This document shows positions 1 to 9,988 of a DNA stretch of 64,000 nucleotides, one piece after another (position 1 is the stretch's first letter; every line of letters begins with the position of its first letter). The notes under the pieces were generated by a model. It was not told the origin of the DNA and ran no database searches. It saw nothing but the letters and a program-made list of their open reading frames with translations. Location: the IMG/VR virus record IMGVR_UViG_3300044615_001997; one strand, 5' to 3'. Source of the stretch: a virus. The position numbers and the translations under genes are program-made.

Positions 1-1149
1 GAAGACAAAGATTCCATAGGAGCCTTTTTAGCCGCCCCCGCAGGTAGCTATAATCGTAATAACGAAATAACCGCCAAGATGTTGAGCGACTTGAGAAATA
101 AAGGAATTAAATCTATATTAGTTAGATCTCCTATGACTTGTCGCGCAGGAAAACACGGACATTTTGGTTCAGTGTGTCAACTATGCGTAGGACAACGTGA
201 AAAAGGGCTACCTGCCCCAGATACCTATATAGGTTTAGTAGCCGCAACAGCAGTTAGTGAGCCTCTAACAGAATATGCCATGAAATTGAGACACGGCGGC
301 GGCGCAGCAACTTCTTTAGGTGGAACTGGAGGCTTTAAAGCAATAGATCAGCTAGCAAACATACCGAAAACTTTTTTAAATAAATCCCCTTTAGCTCAGG
401 AAGATGGAATCGTTACTTCTGTGAGGCCAGCTTCAGCTGGTGGTTATTTTATTAATGTTGGAGAAAAAGAATACTATATAGGTATAGGACTTCAACCAAA
501 AGTTAAAGAAGGTGATCGTGTTGAGCAAGGAGATTCTTTAAGTACAGGGCTTATAGACCCACGTGAAGTAGTTATGTATAAAGGTATCGGTGAAGGTAGA
601 AAGTATTATGCTACTGCAATGAAGAGGGCTTTTGATGATGGTAATTTACATGTGAACCGTAGAAATTTTGAATTAATTGCTAGATCTGCAATAGACCATG
701 TTAAAATTACGGACTCTGAGGGTTTGGGTAATTTTTTACCTGATGAAATTGTTTCATACACAGCCATGGAAAAAAACTATAAAACACGACCCTCTAGTAA
801 AGATATGCGCGCAGATTTAACATATGGAAAATATTTAGAAAAACCTATATTGCATTATACTATAGGGACTAAAATAAATAGTCATGTAATAAAAGATTTA
901 AAAGATCAAGGAATTGAGGCTGTTACAGTAAACGATAATCCTCCTAATTTTGAGCCTGTAATGGTTAGACTGTTAGACGTTCCTGAGCATGTTGATGATT
1001 TTATGCATATTCTTTACAGTACTAACTTAGCTAAGCGCTTTAGTAATGCTGTTAACCAAGGAGCAGAGACAGATATCCGAGGACCTAGCCCTATACCTGG
1101 ATTGGCTTACGGGGTAGGCTTTGGAGAAACAAGCGCCTTTAAGAATTAG
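1..1149 (+). CDS. rpoC: Phage-encoded DNA-directed RNA polymerase beta' subunit, C-terminal part (5'-truncated by the window; frame open from base 1)
   Basis: VRSPMTC..VCQLCVG Zn site, IGLVAATAVSEPLTEYAMKLRHGGG (compare RpoC [24 protein letters not shown] trigger loop), VKEGDRVEQGDSLSTG, NRRNFELIAR and a C-terminal PIPGLAYGVGFG, all collinear with bacterial RpoC. Confidence 0.92.
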   Translation, partial: EDKDSIGAFLAAPAGSYNRNNEITAKMLSDLRNKGIKSILVRSPMTCRAGKHGHFGSVCQLCVGQREKGLPAPDTYIGLVAATAVSEPLTEYAMKLRHGGGAATSLGGTGGFKAIDQLANIPKTFLNKSPLAQEDGIVTSVRPASAGGYFINVGEKEYYIGIGLQPKVKEGDRVEQGDSLSTGLIDPREVVMYKGIGEGRKYYATAMKRAFDDGNLHVNRRNFELIARSAIDHVKITDSEGLGNFLPDEIVSYTAMEKNYKTRPSSKDMRADLTYGKYLEKPILHYTIGTKINSHVIKDLKDQGIEAVTVNDNPPNFEPVMVRLLDVPEHVDDFMHILYSTNLAKRFSNAVNQGAETDIRGPSPIPGLAYGVGFGETSAFKN

Positions 1150-1151
1150 AG

Positions 1152-1180
1152 TTGCTTTTAGTATTTAAAAAACTTAAACT
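1152..1180 (+). promoter_or_regulatory. sigma70-type promoter upstream of the head module
   Basis: TTGCTT-N17-TAAACT in the intergenic gap before 1214. Confidence 0.5.
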
Positions 1181-1213
1181 ATTCATGAAGTAATGCAATA
1201 ATAGGATAATACT

Positions 1214-3406
1214 ATGATTAAAACAGCTGCAGAAGAGTCATTAGAACAAGCTTTTTTTCAATTAGCTTATGGGAAACTACAAGATAGTTTAAAGAATTTA
1301 TTACCTTTTCTTATTGGTTTTGAAATTGTTAAGAAAAATGACGCAAATACCAAAGCTCTAGGTGTTTTCGGCTTTCGCTCACAGTCAGGACAAATTTTAT
1401 ACGTTCCTGCTTTTTTTGTTAACGGTAAAGTTAAAAATCTTGATCTACTTTATTCTAAAAATAACGAACAATTTTATCCCCTAACAGAAGACTTTGCTGA
1501 GCTATTTTTAAAGGATGATTTAGTGGATTTTGGTGGGGTCAGCAATGAACCTAGAAATAAGGTATTGCAAGATATCCCACAAGGAGACTTCAGACAGATG
1601 GCTGTTCCTCCCAGAACAGGCAAATACTCTGTAGCTTCCGTCATAGACTATGTTAAAGACTCAGACAATAAAACTAAACAAGCCTTCAAGGGATTGATTG
1701 AGAAGGACGCCGAGTTTTGTGAAGCAGTTCTTAGATTTTATCCTATAGAGAAAGTTGCCGAAGCTTTGGTAGAACAAGCCGAGGAGAAGAAGGCAGAAGA
1801 AAACGACTTGAAAGTTGTTTCAGTTCAAGACAAAGACGAAGTTGCCAAATTAACTCCTAAGCAAAAAGAAACTTTATTGACTCAAGGCTTTATTGTTATC
1901 GACAATCGTCCTACAGATAAAAAGTCTAAGTTTGGTGTTGTGGACTACATCAAGAAGTTTCAAAATCCCACAGAGTCAGGATTTTATCCTTATGTGACTA
2001 AGGTTGGAACTCTTAACTATGGTTTAATACTTGTCCGTCCTAAACAACTTCAGCAAAATTTTGCTACAGATGATGCTATAGTTATCAATTTAGATGCTAA
2101 AGAAAAAGGAATGGCCTATTTGACGGATGTTTCTGATGTTTTTGTTAAAGATCAGATTAAAGTCGACGACTACTCCCAAGTGCACAAAATGATGGTTAAT
2201 CCTGCTGAGGCCAAGCCCAGTTATTCAAACGTTTATGTTCTCTTGAACGAAAAGATGCAGGCTTCGCAACCATTTCGCGTTAACGCTAATTTTAAAGACG
2301 CTGACGGTATTCGTCGTTTGAGTGTTGAGCCTTATACCTGTTATTGTCATTCTGATTGGGAAAACCGTAAAGGAGTTAAAGACCGTCCAGGTAGCGCACA
2401 TGATTTACCTAGAGGTAACTTCTATGAGCATCCTAAAAAAGGTAATGAATTTTTGTTAGTGATGACCAAAAAATCCGGAGATGCTTTGAGCTACAGCGGT
2501 AAGACTGTTTATGTTCCAGCTGGCTATAAATTGTTGGAAGTTAATCTTGATCATCACTTCCATACAGCCGTTTCTGCCGATAACGCTGATAATGACGCTA
2601 GAGTAAAAGCAGAAGCCGCTAAGCGTGAAGAATGTGAAAACGGCAAACCTGGTCGTATTTGTGACCTCAACGCTTTCTTGAGAGACAAGAACGTATTTCC
2701 AATGACTGTAAATACCAATGGTAGTGAATATTTTGTAAATATTGCAGGAGCTAAGAAGCGTTACGACGATCCCATCAAGGCTAAGATAGCCATGACGATT
2801 GAGCACGGATTAGATTATAAAGAAGCTTGCGAGCTAATTGATGGCTTGATTATCGACAAGACTATCAATGGACATATCAAGTTGGCTTACACTGGAGACA
2901 TGTATCCTACCCCATACGAAGAGACTCCATACACCAACGAAATGGGTCAGCCTACTTATGTTGGTATAGGGCAAGAAAACAGGTTAGGAGGGGAAGAATC
3001 CTATACTGGTAACCCTGCACAACTAGGCCTTGGTGTAATGCCTGAAATCGAGGGAATTGACCCAGCATATGTCCGTCAAGCAATTCAACTAGCTCAAAGC
3101 GGTCAAAAGGAAATCTTTGATGTACAATCAATGTCAACTTTAGCTAAGTATGTCGGAGTTAACGATAAAATTACTGAGTATCTTCCTTCAATGATAGAAT
3201 CTATGGACCGTCTCGGTAGAATTTTATTTTTAATGCACTGGGATACTGAAAAGTTTGTTGATATGTATGGAAGAGGAGATTTACCGGAGTTAGTTGAATT
3301 GGTTACCAACGTATTTAAAAACATTGGGGATCTCATTATTTTCTTAAAACGCAAATCTCCCGAGCTGTCGATAAACATGAATTCTAACGACGCGCTCGAT
3401 GTCTAA
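1214..3406 (+). CDS. Hypothetical large protein, probably head-associated (730 aa)
   Basis: Long ORF at the start of the head module; N-terminal MIKTAA K-x-A motif; no recognisable catalytic motif. Confidence 0.6.
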   Translation: MIKTAAEESLEQAFFQLAYGKLQDSLKNLLPFLIGFEIVKKNDANTKALGVFGFRSQSGQILYVPAFFVNGKVKNLDLLYSKNNEQFYPLTEDFAELFLKDDLVDFGGVSNEPRNKVLQDIPQGDFRQMAVPPRTGKYSVASVIDYVKDSDNKTKQAFKGLIEKDAEFCEAVLRFYPIEKVAEALVEQAEEKKAEENDLKVVSVQDKDEVAKLTPKQKETLLTQGFIVIDNRPTDKKSKFGVVDYIKKFQNPTESGFYPYVTKVGTLNYGLILVRPKQLQQNFATDDAIVINLDAKEKGMAYLTDVSDVFVKDQIKVDDYSQVHKMMVNPAEAKPSYSNVYVLLNEKMQASQPFRVNANFKDADGIRRLSVEPYTCYCHSDWENRKGVKDRPGSAHDLPRGNFYEHPKKGNEFLLVMTKKSGDALSYSGKTVYVPAGYKLLEVNLDHHFHTAVSADNADNDARVKAEAAKREECENGKPGRICDLNAFLRDKNVFPMTVNTNGSEYFVNIAGAKKRYDDPIKAKIAMTIEHGLDYKEACELIDGLIIDKTINGHIKLAYTGDMYPTPYEETPYTNEMGQPTYVGIGQENRLGGEESYTGNPAQLGLGVMPEIEGIDPAYVRQAIQLAQSGQKEIFDVQSMSTLAKYVGVNDKITEYLPSMIESMDRLGRILFLMHWDTEKFVDMYGRGDLPELVELVTNVFKNIGDLIIFLKRKSPELSINMNSNDALDV

Positions 3407-4334
3407 TGAAATAAACAATGTTAATCCTTTAGAAAAATACTTAGCTCTAAGAACTATTAGAGATAATGTATTTTATCAAAAGCCATTAACATATAATGCG
3501 TTAGATATTTCTGACGATATACCTGGACCTGCAAGAGGTACAACTTTTTGGTTTTCTGATTTACCTCCCTCATTAGGAGTAATTTCAAAATCACCAGAGA
3601 AAAGGAAAGAGCAAATTGCCAAGGCAATAGCTGCCGCAAAAGAGACAAAGCAGTCTACTGGTGCCACAGCGTCACAAGCATTAAGAAACGCTGCCTCTGT
3701 AGGACTTACAGCTTTGCCAACATCCGCAGCTGTTTCTTCTTTATTTAGACTTTTAAATCCTCGCTCTCCACTAGTAAGAGGAAAATTACGAAACCCTTTC
3801 ACTCCAGGTAAAACAGTGGCAGCTTTAAAGGGTAGTCGTGATTATCGCAAACAAATGCTTAAAGAAATTTTAAATGATTCTATAACTGGAGGAATTTTTT
3901 CAGCTACTTCGGCTGCAGCTACACCCATTATTTCAGGAACCTCAAAACCTTCTGATAAAGCTCTGGAGCAGGCTGGGAAAGTTATACAAGAAGCACCCAT
4001 AGCTTCAGCTATCCCTGGGGCAGATATTGTGGCTGCACTCGATACAGGAAATAATTCTTCAAGAGTTAAAAATACTGCTCTAGGGGCAGGTATAGGAGCT
4101 TCGATGGGCACCGCTGGCGCATTTTTACCAGCCATTTTAAATTTACCTAAACATTTAATTACAGGCTTGATAAAACGTAAGCTATCATTACAAAATATAG
4201 CTAAAGATTTTTCTTCTAGCGCTAAGAAAGGGGTTCCTATAAACGCAGCAATCTTAGGAACTACAGGAGCACTGGGAGGATTTTTGTTACCTAAAACACA
4301 CCAAACAACCAATGAGCAAACGAGCAATAATTAG
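3399..4334 (+). CDS. Gly/Ala-rich putative internal virion (ejection-type) protein
   Basis: Several Gly/Ala hydrophobic stretches (LGAGIGASMGTAGAFL, ILGTTGALGGFLL); overlaps neighbouring ORFs. Confidence 0.5.
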   Translation: MSNEINNVNPLEKYLALRTIRDNVFYQKPLTYNALDISDDIPGPARGTTFWFSDLPPSLGVISKSPEKRKEQIAKAIAAAKETKQSTGATASQALRNAASVGLTALPTSAAVSSLFRLLNPRSPLVRGKLRNPFTPGKTVAALKGSRDYRKQMLKEILNDSITGGIFSATSAAATPIISGTSKPSDKALEQAGKVIQEAPIASAIPGADIVAALDTGNNSSRVKNTALGAGIGASMGTAGAFLPAILNLPKHLITGLIKRKLSLQNIAKDFSSSAKKGVPINAAILGTTGALGGFLLPKTHQTTNEQTSNN

Positions 4335-5391
4335 CTTAAATAAAGTAGGATCTTTTTATAATTTTCCTAACTGGAGATATCAAATTTATTTAAATCCATC
4401 AAAAGCTGGGTTGGCAGCTTGTTGTAAATTTCCTAAAAGTGGTGATAGTAGTCTGAGGAGATACTTACAATATCGTGACGTTAGAGAAACTTTAGAAGTA
4501 AACTGGTCTTTTCCTCCTAGATTTCAAAAAACCGTAGACTCGTTGAGTTTAAAGAACCGACAAGTATTTTATAAATTGTTTGGTAAAAAGTTAAAGGCTC
4601 AAAACACTAAAAAACTTTTTTGCGCCACTTTTTCAAAAAAGCATCAAATATGGGGCATCGATAAAATTAATTCTCTGAGCGATGCATTTTTAAGAAGACT
4701 GCTTCACCATGTATCTAATTATATTTTTGATGAATATATTCAGTTTGCGGTAGGGTTAAAACACTCAAAAGAGCACGAGCATATTTTTAGGGCTATAGGT
4801 TACCACATATATGCTGGACTAAATGACCAAGAAATTTCAAAAAGGTTTAAACTTTATCGACAACAAATTGAAGCTATAAGATTTTTATTTTTTGATTTTA
4901 CTCATTCTCCGCAAGAACCCACAGCTAGAGCAGCTTATTTTACACAGTTAGTAGATAATGAAATAATAACAGATTTAGACAGGCGTTTTTACAAATTAAT
5001 TGCTGAGCTAGGAGAAATAGGATTAAAGGCACACTCTAACTATCATTCTCTGACTCCGGAAGAAAAAGTGATTGTTGAAGATTATTTAGGAAATACTATG
5101 CTAGATAATGTATTATCATTAAATTTTGCTGTTACAGATATGAAAGATGCGCTAAACTTCAATTCAGTAATAAACAATCTAGCTTCTTTCTATATTAAGA
5201 AAGAAGAAGTTAATTATTATCGAGCAAAGGTTAGAAATTTAGATGCTAGCACGCAAAGAATTTCTAGTGAGCATAACGCAGAACTTTTAAATATTGATCC
5301 CGAGGACGAAGAAGCATTAAAATTAATTGGTAAGTTGGCTTTACAAGAAAACTCACTTCCAACCTACCCTGCAATTACTGAATTGAAATAA
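4312..5391 (+). CDS. Hypothetical protein (359 aa), possible HTH segment
   Basis: Long ORF coupled to its neighbours; GLNDQEISKRFKLYRQQIEAI resembles an HTH. Confidence 0.55.
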   Translation: MSKRAIISLNKVGSFYNFPNWRYQIYLNPSKAGLAACCKFPKSGDSSLRRYLQYRDVRETLEVNWSFPPRFQKTVDSLSLKNRQVFYKLFGKKLKAQNTKKLFCATFSKKHQIWGIDKINSLSDAFLRRLLHHVSNYIFDEYIQFAVGLKHSKEHEHIFRAIGYHIYAGLNDQEISKRFKLYRQQIEAIRFLFFDFTHSPQEPTARAAYFTQLVDNEIITDLDRRFYKLIAELGEIGLKAHSNYHSLTPEEKVIVEDYLGNTMLDNVLSLNFAVTDMKDALNFNSVINNLASFYIKKEEVNYYRAKVRNLDASTQRISSEHNAELLNIDPEDEEALKLIGKLALQENSLPTYPAITELK

Positions 5392-5424
5392 TTTGAAAAA
5401 CCTGATATAAATAGAAACAAACTT

Positions 5425-6831
5425 ATGGAACAGCCTAACGCACTTGTTAAAATAGCTTTAAACGAAGTTGTAGCGAATATCAACAGCGGGTCAACACCTA
5501 CCTCTGCCTTGAAAAAAGTTGCCTCTGATCTTGATCTTAATCCAAATTATATCCATAGGGTAGGGGAAGCTTTAAATGTAGCTCTACATTACAACCACTT
5601 TAAAAAGGCTGAAGATAGATCGGCTCAATTTGAAATAGCCGACATACCAGGAACAATTAAAGATTTGTTTGATGGAACTGAAAAAACTAGTGCTCAGAAA
5701 AAAGCTGAAACTTTTTCTGATAACGGAGGAGAAGATACTGTTTTTAATTACAACAGAATTTTGAATAACCCTAAGTATAAAAAAGCTTATTTGGAGATTG
5801 TTAACGCTACTGAAACTCACGATAGCTTTCCTTTAAGTTTAAAGGGAGCATTTGAAAAATCTGCCAATTTATTAAAAGACTTGGAGCGTGAATTAGACGA
5901 AGTCAAAACAGATAAGGTTGGGGCCGAGATAGCATTAAACCAGAAGTTTTCTTCTTTATCAGACCATTTCAGAAAAGATTCGAATTATCGTATTTCTTTT
6001 GATGAGTTTGAATCTCAGGTGTATTCTAAGCACGGAGAACAAGCCGTACCTTATTTAGACTTAATTCATAAAACGTCTAAAACCGCAGAAGACAGAGGTG
6101 TGCATGACTCAGGTTATCAAATGTTCGAACCTTCAAAAGAACTGCAATTATTTGATTCTTTTATAAAAGCTGCAGAAATTTTTGCAAAGTCAGACGAGGT
6201 CTTAAAAGAGGCTGAAGAAAAATTTAACTTTGAAAAAGAATATTATTCTGAGATAGGAAAACTTGTGGCAAATAATGGAAGTCTTTCCAAGAACGCAGAA
6301 CAACAAGATCCTGTTAAAGTTAAAAAAAAAAATAAACAGAGCAAAGTTGCTGAGGAGCGAGATCCTGTTCTCTTAAGAATAGAGAAAAAGGCAAAATTTA
6401 AAAAGTCTGCAGATGTTGTAAGTTTGTTTGCTTTAACGAGACTTTTAAACCAATCTCAAACACAAGACGGATTGGCAAAAAATATGGGCGAACGGTTCAT
6501 CCGTTCTAGAGATGGAGATGCACCTAAACATAATTTGGCGTTAGAAAATATGGAGAGACAGCTCTTATTGCAAGAGTTGATAATGACAGATCCTATTTTA
6601 TCTAAAGCTAACCCACAAAAAGTTGCAAAAGCCTATGAGCAAATTTTGAGGCTTTCTCCTCAAGTATCTAAAGAAAAAGAAGTAGTTCGTGCTATGTTAC
6701 GTCAATCAGTAGCAGCGCAAGCTATAGCTCCATACGATGCCGATCAATGGACTAAATTGGACACAGATATTTTAAAACGCAAAATAGTTTCTGAAAACTA
6801 TTTAAAAGGAAAAACTGACATTAAATTTTAA
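5425..6831 (+). CDS. Putative prohead core/internal head protein (468 aa)
   Basis: Helical/coiled-coil composition, many K-x-A motifs (VKIA, KKVA, EKSA, SKTA, SKVA, KKSA), located in the head module. Confidence 0.55.
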   Translation: MEQPNALVKIALNEVVANINSGSTPTSALKKVASDLDLNPNYIHRVGEALNVALHYNHFKKAEDRSAQFEIADIPGTIKDLFDGTEKTSAQKKAETFSDNGGEDTVFNYNRILNNPKYKKAYLEIVNATETHDSFPLSLKGAFEKSANLLKDLERELDEVKTDKVGAEIALNQKFSSLSDHFRKDSNYRISFDEFESQVYSKHGEQAVPYLDLIHKTSKTAEDRGVHDSGYQMFEPSKELQLFDSFIKAAEIFAKSDEVLKEAEEKFNFEKEYYSEIGKLVANNGSLSKNAEQQDPVKVKKKNKQSKVAEERDPVLLRIEKKAKFKKSADVVSLFALTRLLNQSQTQDGLAKNMGERFIRSRDGDAPKHNLALENMERQLLLQELIMTDPILSKANPQKVAKAYEQILRLSPQVSKEKEVVRAMLRQSVAAQAIAPYDADQWTKLDTDILKRKIVSENYLKGKTDIKF

Positions 6832-6835
6832 TATT

Positions 6836-7357
6836 ATGAGTGCTATATTGAGAATAACCCGAAGTATAGATAACCATATTTGGAAAATAACTTTTAGGTT
6901 AGACCCATCCAACTTTGCTGAGTTAGATGAACAACTTATGGCTAGGTTTGGTGAACCTGAAATTAACGTTGGTAACGTTATCGGAGGTCTGGACGCGTTG
7001 ACTTCATATACTCTTCCAGAAAAATATATAAAGATACGTTCTGGGCTACCCTATACTCAAGAGTTTGATTCTCGTACTCCACCATTTGATACTTTTACTC
7101 GGAAAAAAGCAGAAGCTTATCAAGCCGCTTTTGTAACTCGTTATACACAGGCTCTAGCCGACTTGAGAGCGAACACGTTGTACTCGGCAGAATTGCTGTC
7201 AGCTCTCGAACATGCCTCCATTATCGACCAGCTACCAGTGCCCGCACCCGCACCCCTGCCCTCGGGTACCGGCGGCGGCGGAGGTGGCGGAGGTTCCGAA
7301 GGACCTGAAGAACCTCCTTTTTCTGGAGATTACGAATATTCAATAAATTTAAATTAA
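6836..7357 (+). CDS. Hypothetical virion protein, tandem paralogue of 7389..7775 with a 45-aa Pro/Gly insertion
   Basis: Near-identical to the next ORF (MSAIL[RK][IV]TR.IDN.IWKITF..DP, FGEPEINVG, YIKIRSGLPYT.EFDS). Confidence 0.75.
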   Translation: MSAILRITRSIDNHIWKITFRLDPSNFAELDEQLMARFGEPEINVGNVIGGLDALTSYTLPEKYIKIRSGLPYTQEFDSRTPPFDTFTRKKAEAYQAAFVTRYTQALADLRANTLYSAELLSALEHASIIDQLPVPAPAPLPSGTGGGGGGGGSEGPEEPPFSGDYEYSINLN

Positions 7358-7388
7358 TTATGTACAAACAACAACCTTTAAAATTATT

Positions 7389-7775
7389 ATGAGCGCTATA
7401 TTAAAAGTAACCAGAAACATAGATAACGATATTTGGAAAATAACTTTTTCCATAGACCCATTAAAACTCTCAGAAGCCGATAAGCAATTAATGGCTAAGT
7501 TTGGTGAACCTGAAATTAACGTAGGAGGTACTATCGATGGACCTACTATACAGGGAGAAGAAACTGAATACACTCTTCCAGCCAAGTATATAAAAATTCG
7601 CTCGGGTTTACCCTATACTCGAGAGTTTGATTCAAAAACGACTCCGTTCAATACGCATACACAAGAAAAGGCAGAGGCTTATCAAGCTGCGTTTGTTTCT
7701 CGCTATACTCAAGCTTTGGTGGAATTGAGAGCTAACGAAGACACCTTTTCTGGGGAATTTTTAGTAAATATTTAA
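7389..7775 (+). CDS. Hypothetical virion protein, tandem paralogue of 6836..7357
   Basis: Direct protein and DNA similarity to the preceding ORF. Confidence 0.75.
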   Translation: MSAILKVTRNIDNDIWKITFSIDPLKLSEADKQLMAKFGEPEINVGGTIDGPTIQGEETEYTLPAKYIKIRSGLPYTREFDSKTTPFNTHTQEKAEAYQAAFVSRYTQALVELRANEDTFSGEFLVNI

Positions 7776-7778
7776 TTT

Positions 7779-8681
7779 ATGGAAAACGATAAGAGAGCTT
7801 TTCTTATGCCTCTTTTAGGTGGCGCAATTCCCTTTGTTGGAGGACTGTATGGCAGCACAAAGGCCATGAAATATCTTACTCCCAAAATAATGCGGTCAGC
7901 TAAACGTAATTTAAAGCGCAGGATAGCTACCGGAAAAAAACCTACATATTTAGGAAAAAAAACAAATGCTTTATTGGGTTGGGCAGGTAAAAAAGTCAAC
8001 GCTGACAATCTTTCTAGCGGTTTAGGCTTCACCGCTGGCGGCACAGCTGGTAGTATTGTAGGAGCACCCTTATTAATGGATAATCGTACTGAAGAAGAAC
8101 AAAATATGAATAAATATAGCGAACATAAATTATTCGGATTTTTAAAAGCCGCTATGCTTTCTGAACTATCTCTCGAGGATACGACTAAGCTAACTAAACT
8201 TGCCTTTGGTGACTATGACTTAAAGCCTGAAGATATAGCTAGAATTAGAATGGCTCTTCAAGAAGAAGGCGTTCCTGCCCCGTATAATGATCCTTATGGC
8301 CAAGCTAACACTAACTATAATGAAAATATATTAAAAGCACGCGATACAAGCCTAGATCAAATTCCAGAAGTAGAGGGGTCTTTATCCGCCGTTAGAAAAG
8401 GCGCTATTGGCGCAGGTATAGGTGGAGCCGCTGGCTACGGGTTAGGCAGCGCTTTAAACTCTCCAAATATTTTAGGAGGTGGTGTACCCTATGGTTTAAA
8501 AAAACGCCTTCCTGGAGCCATGGGAACAAGTGGAGTTATTTTAGGAGCGCTTCTGAGTGCGCTACCTGCCTATAAACAAAAAGTAGACCAAGTTAAGGGT
8601 TTACAAAAATTAAATTATCCTGAAAATATGCAAACACTTATAAACAGTATAGACAAGGATAAAGCTTTATTAGCCAGCTAA
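7779..8681 (+). CDS. Gly-zipper putative internal virion protein
   Basis: GAIGAGIGGAAGYGLG glycine zipper, GLGFTAGGTAGSIVGA; K-x-A motifs. Confidence 0.55.
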   Translation: MENDKRAFLMPLLGGAIPFVGGLYGSTKAMKYLTPKIMRSAKRNLKRRIATGKKPTYLGKKTNALLGWAGKKVNADNLSSGLGFTAGGTAGSIVGAPLLMDNRTEEEQNMNKYSEHKLFGFLKAAMLSELSLEDTTKLTKLAFGDYDLKPEDIARIRMALQEEGVPAPYNDPYGQANTNYNENILKARDTSLDQIPEVEGSLSAVRKGAIGAGIGGAAGYGLGSALNSPNILGGGVPYGLKKRLPGAMGTSGVILGALLSALPAYKQKVDQVKGLQKLNYPENMQTLINSIDKDKALLAS

Positions 8682-8683
8682 CT

Positions 8684-9988
8684 ATGCCACAGGAATTATC
8701 ATCATTTCAAAAAGATTTAGTTACGCCAGGGTCTGGAACAGACTCTGAGCTGTATCGTGCTATAGCCCCGCTCATAGATTTAAATCGTTTACCTCAACCT
8801 AAAACTAAATTTGATCAAGACAGACTAGAAAAATTAAAAAATGACTTTAGACAGGGAACTCTGGGGTTGGAGTATTTAACCGGCTTAAAAAATAATAAAG
8901 TTGAAACTTTTTTCGATTCACATCCTACAGAAGCAACTGTTTCTAACGTTTTGGGAAATTCTGGTAGAGTAGGCTTAGGTGTTGCCGCTGGAGGTCCCCT
9001 AGTTAATGCTTTGAGACAATGGAAAAATTTAAGGAGAGAAAACGCTTTTCATGCTAGAAGAAAAGATCCCGCTCAAGAGGCAGGCCAGCGCTTAACTCCA
9101 ACAACATCCGAAGGAAAAAGTAAACCTATAGACGAGGATATATTGCGCGTTTTTGGAGACGGAAGACCACAAAATGATCCAGATATAAAATTACCAGCCA
9201 ACGGTGGCGGAAGATCAGTAAAAACACTCGCTATTCAAAATCAAGATGCTTTAAAGCGTAGAGCCGAAGTTTTAGACTCGGTTAGTGGTAATTACGGTAA
9301 ACCAGCTACACAAAACTTCTCAGCAGAATTAAAAAAAGCTTTGAGTATTAAAGATCCAAAAAAACGGTTAGTGGCGGCTAAAGCTTTGATGGAAAAGAGC
9401 CGAGCTTCTAAGTCTTATGGAAATTTGAAGCATTATGTAGATTTGCACACAGATTTACAGAGTTTAAGAGATTCTGGAGGTTTGAAGGGTGGCTTTGGTT
9501 CTTCTATAGGAGATAAACTTTTTGCTAGCGATAAGTTTAATAACTTATTGAATAAGCTGCCTGCAGGATTACAATCTCCAATAAAATCAATTATTCCACA
9601 CAGTCAACAAGGGGCAGAGGATCTTATTAGAAAAAGAATACTGATGAGTCAGGCAGGTCCACATAGTGAGCCTATGCTTAGACAAATAGTTGAGGACGTG
9701 TATGGAGGTAACATCAGTGCACCTAAAACTAAGAATGATAAAATATTTCAGCGAGCTGTATTTGGCCCTACAGGATCACTCGACAATCAGCAAAGATACA
9801 GCAGATACCTTCGCATGTTTGGAGGACCTGCTTTAATGGGTGCGGGTATTGCAGGAGCTGGACTGGGGCTAAACGAAGTAATGAAATTAATACAATCTAA
9901 GGTATACGGAAAAGAAAAAATTAAAGACTGGAAACGTAACGCCTTGAAAGCCAAAGGTGAATTTGAGGAGGCCGACAGGATTAAATAA
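8684..9988 (+). CDS. Putative internal virion protein with Gly-rich hydrophobic segments (434 aa)
   Basis: VGLGVAAGGPL and GGPALMGAGIAGAGLGL; basic composition; adjoins the protease gene. Confidence 0.5.
   Translation: MPQELSSFQKDLVTPGSGTDSELYRAIAPLIDLNRLPQPKTKFDQDRLEKLKNDFRQGTLGLEYLTGLKNNKVETFFDSHPTEATVSNVLGNSGRVGLGVAAGGPLVNALRQWKNLRRENAFHARRKDPAQEAGQRLTPTTSEGKSKPIDEDILRVFGDGRPQNDPDIKLPANGGGRSVKTLAIQNQDALKRRAEVLDSVSGNYGKPATQNFSAELKKALSIKDPKKRLVAAKALMEKSRASKSYGNLKHYVDLHTDLQSLRDSGGLKGGFGSSIGDKLFASDKFNNLLNKLPAGLQSPIKSIIPHSQQGAEDLIRKRILMSQAGPHSEPMLRQIVEDVYGGNISAPKTKNDKIFQRAVFGPTGSLDNQQRYSRYLRMFGGPALMGAGIAGAGLGLNEVMKLIQSKVYGKEKIKDWKRNALKAKGEFEEADRIK

Noticed and set aside
1214-5391. Portal or terminase identity for the 730-aa or 359-aa proteins
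   Set aside because: No Walker A/B or nuclease motifs and no recognisable portal pattern; these genes probably lie outside the window
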